Assembly: GCF_036365525.1 (NCBI RefSeq)
Contig: NW_027140825.1
Span: 1,116,001-1,180,000, forward strand
DNA length: 64,000 bases
Source of the DNA: Heterodontus francisci
Taxonomy: Eukaryota
Reading direction: 5' to 3'
Of this stretch, positions 37,560-47,859 are shown piece after piece (position 1 is the stretch's first letter; the number at the start of each line of letters is the position of its first letter). Made by a program: the position numbers and the translations under genes. The notes under the pieces were generated by a model. The model had not been told where the DNA came from and searched no databases. It was given only the letters and a program-made list of their open reading frames with translations.

Positions 37560-39180
37560 AGGATCAAATCTACTGCTGCCCACTGCCGGGGGAAGATGAG
37601 CACTGAGATTTAATCTACTGCTGCCCCCTGCCGGGGGAAGATGAGCGCAGAGATTCAATCTACTGCTGCCCACTGCCGGGGGAAGATGAGCATTGAGATT
37701 TAATCTACTGCTGCCCCCTGCCGGGGGAAGATGAGCTCAGAGATTCAATCTACTGCTGCCCCCTGCCGGGGGAAGATGAGCGCAGAGATTCAATCTACTG
37801 CTGCCCCCTGCCGGGGGAAGATGAGCACTGAGATTCAATCTACTGCTGCCCCCTGCCGGGGGAAGATGAGCATTGAGATTTAATCTACTGCTGCCCCCTG
37901 CCGGGGGAAGATGAGCACTGAGATTCAATCTACTGCTGCCCCCTGCCGGGGGAAGATGAGCACTGAGATTCAATCTACTGCTGCCCCCTGCCGGGGGAAG
38001 ATGAGCACTGAGATTCAATCTACTGCTGCCCCCTGCCAGGGGAAGATGAGCACTGAGATTCAATCTACTGCTGCCCCCTGCCGGGGGAAGATGAGCATTG
38101 AGATTCAATCTACTGCTGCCCCCTGCCGGGGGGAGATGAGCACTGAGATTTAATCTACTGCTGCCCCCTGCCGGGGGAGATGAGCACTGAGATTTAATCT
38201 ACTGCTGCCCCCTGCCGGGGGAAGATGAGCATTGAGATTTAATCTACTGCTGCCCCCTGCCGGGGGAAGATGAGCACTGAGATTCAATCTACTGCTGCCC
38301 CCTGCTGGGGGAAGATGAGCACTGAGATTCAATCTACTGCTGCCCCCTGCCGGGGGAAGATGAGCGCTGAGATTCAATCTACTGCTGCCCCCTGCCGGGG
38401 GAAGATGAGCGCAGAGATTCAATCTACTGCTGCCCCCTGCCGGGGGAAGATGAGCACTGAGATTCAATCTACTGCTGCCCCCTGCCGGGGGAAGATGAGC
38501 ATTGAGATTTAATCTACTGCTGCCCCCTGCCGGGGGAAGATGAGCACTGAGATTCAATCTACTGCTGCCCCCTGCCGGGGGAAGATGAGCACTGAGATTC
38601 AATCTACTGCTGCCCCCTGCCGGGGGAAGATGAGCACTGAGATTCAATCTACTGCTGCCCCCTGCCGGGGGAAGATGAGCATTGAGATTCAATCTACTGC
38701 TGCCTCCTGCCGGGGGGAGATGACCACTGAGATTTAATCTACTGCTGCCCCCTGCCGGGGGGAGATGAGCAATGAGATTTAATCTACTGCTGCCCCCTGC
38801 CGGGGGAAGATGAGCATTGAGATTTAATCTACTGCTGCCCCCTGCCGGGGGAAGATGAGCACTGAGATTCAATCTACTGCTGCCCCCTGCCGGGGGGAGA
38901 TGAGCACTGAGATTCAATCTACTGCTGCCCCCTGCCGGGGGGAGATGAGCACTGAGATTTAATCTACTGCTGCCCCCTGCCGGGGGGAGATGAGCACTGA
39001 GATTTAATCTACTGCTGCCCCCTGCCGGGGGAAGATGAGCACTGAGATTCAATCTACTGCTGCCCCCTGCCGGGGGAAGATGAGCACTGAGATTCAATCT
39101 ACTGCTGCCCCCTGCCGGGGGAAGATGAGCATTGAGATTTAATCAACTGCTGCCCCCTGCCGGGGGAAGATGAGCACTGA
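37560..39180 (-). repeat. ~36 x 45-bp minisatellite, each unit with a CTCF-type core, adjoining the RSS of V15
   Basis: Unit GAGATTCAATCTACTGCTGCCCCCTGCCGGGGGAAGATGAGCACT; minus-strand core CCGGCAGGGGGCAG. Confidence 0.92.
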
Positions 39181-39200
39181 ACTCCCATTCATCCACTGCA

Positions 39201-39239
39201 GGTTTTTGCAGCTGCGGATCCGCTTTCTCAAACACTGTG
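39201..39239 (-). other. 23-RSS of V15
   Basis: CACAGTG, 23-nt spacer, GCAAAAACC. Confidence 0.92.
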
Positions 39240-40039
39240 CGATACTACAAGTGCAGAAATAGACAGCGGTGTGAGATGGAGCGGCGTCTCTCAGTGCCAA
39301 AGTAAACAGTGTATTGCTGGCTCTGACTGCCTTAAATGACTCGGACGTGTAATTGGTAACAGACCCTTCTGTAGCAGAATAGAACAGAGCTTCCAGTGCC
39401 CTGTCTGCTTGTTGTCTGTACCAGTATAGAAAGGAATAGTCAGTATTGGTCAGCGTGCATCTGAGTGTTGTCGACTCTCCTGCGGAAAGCGATAGGATAG
39501 AGGGCGACTGTTCCACATAGGAGGAGAGTATTCCTGTGGAATGGAACATCGATTAGATTATTATTTCAGTCAATAATGGATTGGAGCAGGAGCTGCATTG
39601 CAAGAAATAAAGGGCTTACATTAATATATCGCCGTTCAGGACCTCAGGACATCAGAAAGGGCTTTGCAACCAATGTAGGTACTCCCTCAGTACTGTCTCT
39701 GCGACAGTGCAGCACTCCCTCAGTGCCGCTTCGTCGACAGTGCAGCACTTCCTCAATAGTGCCTCTGTGACAGTGCAGCACTCCCTCTGTGCTGACTCTG
39801 CGACAGTGCAGCACTCTCTCAGTACAGCCTCTGCGATAGTGCAGCACTCCCTCGGTCCTGACACCTGGGTTGTCAGCCTTGACTTTGAGCTCAATGTTCT
39901 GTAGTGAGACTCTGACACAGGAGTGTTTTGGACAGAATCACCGCTGACATGACAATACATTATTGTGCACAGTTTCTGACTTTGACTTACGTGGGAAGAG
40001 TGCAGCCATCAAGGTTAGACAGAGAACTTCATGCAACAT
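39240..40039 (-). CDS. TRBV: TRBV segment V15, apparently functional (leader 40039-39991, V exon 39533-39240)
   Basis: Paralog of V7/V8; open frame ending TAVYFCTCS; intact splice sites. Confidence 0.88.
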
Positions 40040-41244
40040 GATTTCTTCATTCGATACTAACTCGATGTGTGAACGTGTGGAGTTTTCAACAACACACTTG
40101 CAGTCGGTTTCTATATTGTATCCAATTAAATACCCAGCATCCGGTTGTCATTGTGATTGGCAGTCACTTACTGCGACACTCTGCTCCTCCCCATTACTTT
40201 GCAAAGCAATGTTGTAGAATGATACAACACAGGAGGATAGGGGGAGATTGAATAGAGGTGTTCACATTTCAGAAAGGGATTTGATAGAGTAGAATTCAGG
40301 GAAACAACCCTCCATACCCAGAGAGTGTGTACATCCCTTATTGCCCCTGAGAAGGTGGTGGTGAACCATCTTCGGAATTACCTGCTGGGCCATATCAGAG
40401 GGCAGTTAACAGTCAACTACAATGCTGTGGGTCTGCAGTCACATATAGGCCAGACCGGGTAAGAATGGCAGATTTCCTTCCCTGAAGGTTATCAATGAAT
40501 ACGTTGGCTTTTTACGACACTCCATGTTCAGAATTGCTCTTACTTTCCATTACAGATTTTATTTATTTACTTAATTAAATTTAAATTCCATTTCTGCCCC
40601 TGCTGAGAACTGAACTCATATCTGGGGATCATTAGTCCAGGCCTCTGGATTACTAGTCCAGTAACATAACTGCTCTGCTCCCGTACCTCGTTGCTGAATC
40701 GGAGTTAAAGTGTGAAATAGTTCACTGGTCTGAACTGCTAGTTTCTTTGAAGAACACATCAAATGTGACTCGAGTCTGAGATGAAAGTGGGTAAAGAGTT
40801 TTCAGCAGCTTCTGAACTCGCTGTCAGGAGGCAGGTGTCCCAGAGATGAAGGTATCTGGAGAGCGGTCTCGCCTTTCTACAGTGTGAAACAGTGCTCAGA
40901 TGGCTAAGGGTTCTGATCTGGGTTAGTTCCTGTACATTGGGGAGTTGTTCACCTCTGTGTAGTGAAGGTTAGAGGGAGATGAACCAGACTGGAACCAGGG
41001 ATGAGGGACTTCAGTTACTGTGGAGAGACTGTAGAAGCTGGGGGTTTATCCCCTTAGAGCAGAGAAGGTTAATGGAAGATGTGATTCTAGATATTGAAGA
41101 TCATAGAGGATTTTGATAGATAATTGATGACAAACCAGATCATCAACTGGTTAATATATAGAAAATCTATGAAAAGATGGGCATTCATTACATTACTGCA
41201 ATATGTTTAATTAATTCATACAAACTGTAATCACCTAAAGATAT

Positions 41245-41680
41245 AGTTAGATAGATAGAGAGACAGAGAGAAAGATAACCAGGTAGAGAGATAGATAGAT
41301 CGAGAGACAGTCAGGTAGACAGATAGATATAGAGAGAGGTAGAGAAATAGAGGGATCGAGGGAAAGTCAGATAGGTTGTGAAATAGCGAGCTGGATAGAG
41401 AGACAGTCAGGTAGACAGGTAGATATAGAGAGAGAGGTAGATAGAGGGAAAGTCAGATAGGTAGAGAAATAGCGAGCTGCATAGAGAGACAGTCAGATAG
41501 ACAGATAGATATGGAGAGAGGTCGAGAAATAGAGAGATAGAGGGAAAGTCATATAGGTAGAGAAATAACGAGCTAGATAAAGAGACAGTCAGGTAGACAG
41601 ATAGATATATGGAAAGGTAGAGAAATAGAGAGATAGAGGGAAAGTCAGAGAGGTAGAGAAATAGCGAGCGAGAGCGACAG
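41245..41680. repeat. Purine-rich (AGAT/AGAG-derived) higher-order tandem repeat
   Basis: Recurring GAGACAGTCAGGTAGACAGATAGATAT...GAGGGAAAGTCAGATAGG units. Confidence 0.8.
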
Positions 41681-42007
41681 TCACTGCCCCTGTAAAAGGC
41701 AGGGTTGTTAATTGTCATTCTCTCATTTTACACCAGCTTGGTAACTGGAGTGAGAGAGAGGGATGGAGGGAGAGAGAGAGAGAGAGTGGGGGGAATGCAG
41801 AGAGGGACCGACAAGAAGTTATTGATCAGTCATGATCTCATTGAAGGGCGGAGTGTTTCCGAGGTGATGAATGTTCTCCTTGTGTTCCCAGGTTACTGTT
41901 CAAGTGTGTTCCAGACTCTGATGTTTATCATGGTCCTACAGCGCACTCTGCTGTCCCTTTGGAGAAAGAAAACACTGTGACATCAAACCACACCGTATGT
42001 ATGTATG

Positions 42008-42300
42008 NNNNNNNNNNNNNNNNNNNNNNNNNNNNNNNNNNNNNNNNNNNNNNNNNNNNNNNNNNNNNNNNNNNNNNNNNNNNNNNNNNNNNNNNNNNNN
42101 NNNNNNNNNNNNNNNNNNNNNNNNNNNNNNNNNNNNNNNNNNNNNNNNNNNNNNNNNNNNNNNNNNNNNNNNNNNNNNNNNNNNNNNNNNNNNNNNNNNN
42201 NNNNNNNNNNNNNNNNNNNNNNNNNNNNNNNNNNNNNNNNNNNNNNNNNNNNNNNNNNNNNNNNNNNNNNNNNNNNNNNNNNNNNNNNNNNNNNNNNNNN
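42008..42300. other. Assembly gap
   Basis: Run of N. Confidence 1.
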
Positions 42301-42613
42301 CTGATCTTCACTTCACATATTAAAGTCTTTAATTATCTCTCTAAGACGGATGAAGGTTTACCCTTCATTCTTCTCCTTTCTGGAACAAAGATCCCCCGAT
42401 GTTCAAACTATCTTGATAACTTTAACCTCTGTTTCCTGATATCATTCCTGTAAAGTCTATTTCACAATTCCCCTGTGCTTCTATTTCTAACCAGTCTCTA
42501 TCTATTTAAATCCGTCCTGTCTTGTGAAAAACATGTTCCCAATGATGAAAACACCCAACAGGACGCAGCACCGCCTGGTTTTATCTGAAACAGGTGTTTC
42601 CTGCTGCCTTTGG

Positions 42614-42652
42614 GGTTTTTCTTGAACTTCTCCATCTCTCTGAGTCAGTGTG
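42614..42652 (-). other. Degenerate 23-RSS of V16
   Basis: CACACTG, 23-nt spacer, AGAAAAACC. Confidence 0.85.
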
Positions 42653-43109
42653 AAGACTCCAGGCTCAGAGATACACGGCCGAGTGATTCTCCTGCAGGCT
42701 GGAGGTCTCCAGGTTGAACTGGGAGTCAGTCGGTCTCTCCACAGTGAAACCGCCCACCGTCCCCTCTGGATCCACATAGCTAGCAATACTGGAGTAAAAC
42801 ATCAGCAGCGGCTCCTTCCCCGGCTCTTGTCTGTACCAGTACATGGAGATGATACTGCTGCTCCCCTCCAGAGTGCACCTCAGTTCCACTCCTTTCCCGG
42901 GTAATCTGGAGACAGCGGCAGGAATCTGGTGGATAGTCTGTGAGTTCACATCTGGGAGAGAGATGGAGAGAGGAGGATATCAGTAAACAGGGAACTTCTG
43001 GGAATGAAAGGGAGACAGAGAGAGGAGAGGAAGGTTATTAACAATAATTGTTTGCATTTCACACTCACATACAATGAAACAGGATTCTCAGACACAGTAA
43101 CTGATACAT
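42653..43109 (-). pseudogene. TRBV: TRBV segment V16, pseudogene (leader 43109-43073, V exon 42951-42653)
   Basis: The second conserved Cys codon is TGA (SAVYL*); RSS is degenerate. Confidence 0.9.
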
Positions 43110-43862
43110 CTTTCACTTCAACTTGTTCTATTAATAGACATAGGAGTGAGATCAGGAGCTTAGAGTCTTGTGAGGGTCCAAATCCACTCTTTACAAATCA
43201 TTGGGAGGAACATGAAGAGCATTAGGAAGTGATACAATGTTGGAGACGCCCATACACCCAGGTGAACAAATCACAATCAAATTGTTTGCCAATCTACTTC
43301 TCTCTCTTTCTCTCAGTTTCCCTTCCGCTCTCTCCCTCTCTCTCAGTTTACCTTTCGCTGTCTCCCTCTCTCTGACTCCCTCTCTCTCTCAGTTTACCTT
43401 CCGCACTCTCCCTCTCTCTCAGTTTACCTTCCACTCTCTCCGTCTCTCTCTGACTCTCTCTCTCTCTCTCCCAATTTCTTAGTTTTGCTATCTCTTTAGT
43501 TCTTTCTCTGTCACTGTGTTTGTCTCTATCTCTATCGCCCTATGTGTCTCAGGCTTTGTTTTTTTTAATCTCAGTCTCTCTTTCTCTCCTCCTCTCTCCC
43601 GCTGTCCACTCTGTCGATCTCTCTCTCTCATTATGTCTCTCTTGCTGTCTCGCTGTCTTTGACGCTATCTTTGTCTCCCTATCTCGTGACATCCTTATTC
43701 ATCGTTCTTTGCACCATTGCCAGTACCTGTAAATTCAATTTGTCACTACAATCATAACTCAGTTCTTTTTATTGTAATAAACGCTTTCACTCTGCAAAAG
43801 GGAACAATAGATCGAGGCACAGAGCAATTTTATCTGAAACAGGTGATTCCTGCAGCCTTTTG

Positions 43863-43901
43863 GGTTTTTGTTGAACAGCTCCATCCCTCTGAGTCACTGT
43901 G
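43863..43901 (-). other. 23-RSS of V17
   Basis: CACAGTG, 23-nt spacer, ACAAAAACC. Confidence 0.93.
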
Positions 43902-44222
43902 ATGTCTTCAGGCACAGAAATACAAGGCCGAGTGATTCTCCCGCAGGCTGGAGGACTCCAGGTTGTACTCGGAGTCAGTCGGTCTCTCGGCAGTAAAATG
44001 GTCCACCGTCCCCTCTGGATCCACATAGTTAGCAGTATTGGAGTAAAACATCAACAGCGGCTTCTTCCCCAGATCTTGTCTGTACCAGTACATGCAGAGG
44101 GTACTGCTCCACTGTCCCCTCTGAGTTCACCCTTTGTGCAGTTAGGGAGTAAAACATCAGCTGCGGCTCCTTCCCCAGATATTGTCTGTCCCAGTACATC
44201 TGAGTGATACTGGTACCATGCA
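43902..44222 (-). pseudogene. TRBV: V17: leaderless chimeric TRBV relic made of two fused V fragments
   Basis: 44222-44109 encodes a V10/V13-type CDR1-CDR2 piece. It is fused to a V9-type piece (44108-43902) ending SALYFCA*. Confidence 0.85.
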
Positions 44223-44294
44223 CAGGCTCGACAGAGGGGCTGAATGGGCCTCCTACTGTTCCTGCATAACAGGGTCGACGGAGGGGCTTTATGG

Positions 44295-45265
44295 ACTCCC
44301 TCAGTACTGACCCTCTGACAGTGCAGCACTCACTCAGGACTGCTCCTCTGACAGGGCAGCACTCCCTCGGTACTGACCCTTGACAGTGCAGCACTCACTC
44401 AGTACTGCTCCTCTCACAGTGCAGCACTCCCTCAGTACTGACCCTCTGACAGTACAGCACTCACTCAGTACTGACCCTCTGACAGTGCAGCACTAACTCA
44501 GTACTGCTCCTCTGACAGGGCAGCACTCCCTCAGTACTGACCCTCTGACAGTGCAGCACTCACTCAGTACTGCCCCAATAACTGTGCAGCACTCCCTCAG
44601 TACTGACCCTCTGACAGTGCAGCACTCCCTCAGTACTGACCCTCTGACAGTACAGCACTCACTCAGTACTGACCCTTGACAGTGCAGCACTCACTCAGTA
44701 CTGCTCCTCTCACAGTGCAGCACTCCCTCAGTACTGATCCACTGACAGTGCAGCACTCCCTCAGTACTGACCCTCTAACAGTGCAGCACTCCCTCAGTTT
44801 GTCCCTCTGACAGTGCAGCACTCCCTCAGTTCTGACCCTCGCAGAGTGCTGCACTCCCTCAGTTAGCCCCTCTGACAGTGCAGCACTCACTCAGTACTGA
44901 CCCTCCGACAGTGCAGCACTCCCTCAGTTTTCCCCTCTGACAGTGCAGCACTCACTCAGTACTGACCCTCTGTCAGTGCAGCACTCCCTCAGTACTGGCC
45001 CTGTCACAGTGCAGCACTCACTCAGTACTGACCCTCCGACAGTGCCGCACACCCTCAGTCCTGACCCTCTAACAGTGCAGCACTCCCTCAGTACTGACCC
45101 TCTGTGAGTGAAGCGCTCTCTCAGTACTGACCTTCCAACAGTGCAGCACTCCCTCAGTATTGACCCTCTGACAGTGCAGCACTCCCTCAGTATTGACCCT
45201 CTGACAGTACAGCACTCTCTCAGTACTGACCCTACGACAGTGCAGCACTCCCTCAGTACTGCCCT
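44295..45265. repeat. ~33-bp minisatellite (CAGTACTGACCCTCTGACAGTGCAGCACTCCCT), probably SINE-derived; short related arrays in the V7/V8/V15 introns
   Basis: Visible tandem repeat; related units at ~21480-21620, ~23880-23945 and ~39685-39850. Confidence 0.88.
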
Positions 45266-45267
45266 CA

Positions 45268-47180
45268 TAACTGAAGCTACTGTTTTCAGTTTCCGCTCCA
45301 AACTCCATTCCTTAACTACTGACTCTACCTCTCTCCCCGGCAGCGATCTGAGTTTAAGCCAGTCTGTTCGAAATCCTGGTGTCACATTTGACGCCGAGAT
45401 GCGCTTCTGACCTCATGTAGGCACCATCACTAACGCTGCACATTTCCACCTCTGAAAGATCACCCGAACGCGCCCCAATTTCAGCTGAAATGTGGCTGAA
45501 ACCCTCATTCAAGACATTGTCAGCTCTGGACTTGACAATGTCAAGGCAGTCCTGATGCTCACCCAATTTCTGTAAACCTGAGGTCATCTAAAACTCTTCT
45601 GCCTGTGTCTTAAGTTGCTCCAAGTCCTGATCCCCTGTCACTCCTGCTCTCACTGCCCTACATTGTCTCCCAGTCAAGCAACATCCACATTTTAAGTTTC
45701 TCGTCCTTGTCCTCAAATCCCCCATGGCCCTTCCCCTCCCTATCGCGTTGACCTTCTACAGCCCTCCCTATCTCTGTAACCTGCACCAGTCTCTACAACC
45801 CTCCCTATTGCGTTAACCTCCTCAGCTCCTACAGCCCTCCCTATCTCTGTAACATCCACCAGCTCCTACAGCCCTCCCTATCTCTGTAACCTGCACCAGT
45901 CTCTACAACCCTCCCTATCGCGTTAACCTCCTCCAGCTCCTACAGCCCTCCCAATCTCTGTAACCTCCACCAGCTCCAACAATCCTCCCTATCTCTGTAG
46001 CCTCCACCAGTCTCTACAACCCTTCCAATCGCGTTAACCTCCTCCAGCTCCTACAGCCCTCCCTATCGCTGTAACCTCCACCAGCTCCAACAATCCTCCT
46101 TATCTCTGTAATCACCACCAGTCTCTACAACTCTCCCTATCTCTGTAACCTCCACCAGTCTCTACAACCCTCCCTATCTCTGTAACCTCCACCAGTCTCT
46201 ACAACCCTCCCTATCTCTGTAACCTCCACCAGCTCGTACAGCTCTCCCTATCTCTGTAACCTCCACCAGTCTCTACAACCCTCCCTATCGCGTTAACCTC
46301 CTCCAGCTCCAACAACCCACCCTATCTCTGTAACATCCACCAGCTCGTACAGCTCTCCCTATCTCTGTAACCTCCACCAGTCTCTACAACACTCCCTATC
46401 GCGTTAACCTCCTCCAGCTCCTACAACCCTCCCTATCTCTGTAATCTCCACCAGTCTATACAACCCTCCCTATCTCTGTAACCTCCACCATCTCCAACAA
46501 CCCTCCCTATCTCTGTAATCTCCACCAGTCTCTACAACCCTCCCTATCTCTGTAATATCCAACAGCTCCTACAGCACTCCCTATCTCTGTAACCTCCACC
46601 AGCTCCAACAGCACTCCCTATCTCTTTCACCTCCACCAGCTCCTACATCCCTCCCTATCTCAGTAACCTCCACCAGCTCCAACAGCACTCCCTATCTCTT
46701 TCACCTCCACCAGCTCCTACATCCCTCCCTATCTCTGTAACCTCCACCAGCTCCTACAACCCTCCCTATCTCTGTAACATCCACCAGCTCCGACAGCCAT
46801 CCCTCTCTCTGTAACCTTCACCAGCACCTACAGCCCTCCCTATCGCTGTAACGTCCTCCAGCCTCTACAACCTTCCGGAATCTCTGCACTCCTCTAATTC
46901 TGGCCCTTTAAGCATCCCCGACCTTAATTGTTCAACCATTGGTGGTCACACCTTCAGTTGCCTGCGGCCTAAGCTCTGGAATTGCTTCACTACACCTCTC
47001 CACCTCTCCACCTCACTTTTCAATTTAAAATTCTCCTTAAAACTTACCTCTTTGACTGAGATTTTGATTGTCTGACCGAATCTTTCCTTATGTCACTCAG
47101 TTTCATACTGTGTTTATAATGCTCCTGTGAAGAGCCTTGGCAGGTTTTATTACGTTAAAGGTGCGAGAGTATTATAAATT
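45268..47180 (+). mobile_element. L2-type LINE 3' fragment containing an internally amplified ~33-bp minisatellite (~45735-46870)
   Basis: VRNPGVTFD..M.F motif; L2-like 3' end; tandem CTACAACCCTCCCTATCTCTGTAACCTCCACCAG. Confidence 0.75.
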
Positions 47181-47859
47181 GCTGTTTTGTCCCTTTCCCT
47201 GCCTCTGTACTTTATTAACATCTGTACCATCTCTCACCATTGCCGTTCTGAAGAAGGCTGACCAAGCTGAAACGTTAACTCTGTTTCTCTCTCCACAAAT
47301 GCTGCCAGACCTACTCAATATTCTGTTTGTGTTTCAGAGTTCCAGCATCTGCAGTATTTTCCCATTGGTGCAATGTGTCAGTCGTGGGCGAGGGTTCTCT
47401 CAATAACTCCCTCAAGTGGGCAGAATTCATTCATCTTTCTGCAATGTAATCTGGGCAATGCTTGACTGTAAATGCAAATTCATTGCAGTCCCAATGTCAG
47501 GGGCACAGCAGCAGGGACATTGATATCTGCTCAGGGGCCTCACAATGTCGTGTGTACTGCCTACAAAAGCCTTCTCCCAGCTCTCTGGCTTTGCTCATTG
47601 TTGTTTGCATATGTTGCTGAATGTGTACCTGTGGCCTGTGGGAGATCTTGTCTGTGCCTCTGATATGAACAGTCCACTGTTCTCCGACTGTGAGCATCTT
47701 CTGAAAAACATTTTTACTTTGCAGGTATTTTATCAGCTGCCATAGAGCAGGAAGGACATGGAGGAGCAGAGCTGTAAAGAAATAACTGAGGGGTGAAAAA
47801 AATTATGTGATGATTTGAGACTTTAACGACCCTGATATTGAATTGGGCAGTCAGTAAGG

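Noticed and set aside
37737-39097. Long ORFs of (LNLSAHLPPAGGSSR)n
   Set aside because: Product of a 45-bp unit (multiple of 3); no start context or splice signals.
397-44222. NAR-TCR, IgH-like V, germline-joined VDJ, or D/J segments
   Set aside because: No 12-RSS-flanked D, no FGxG J motif and no pre-joined genes were seen; the V motifs fit TCR-beta.
37560-45265. CRISPR-like appearance of regular repeats
   Set aside because: No unique spacers; eukaryotic context.
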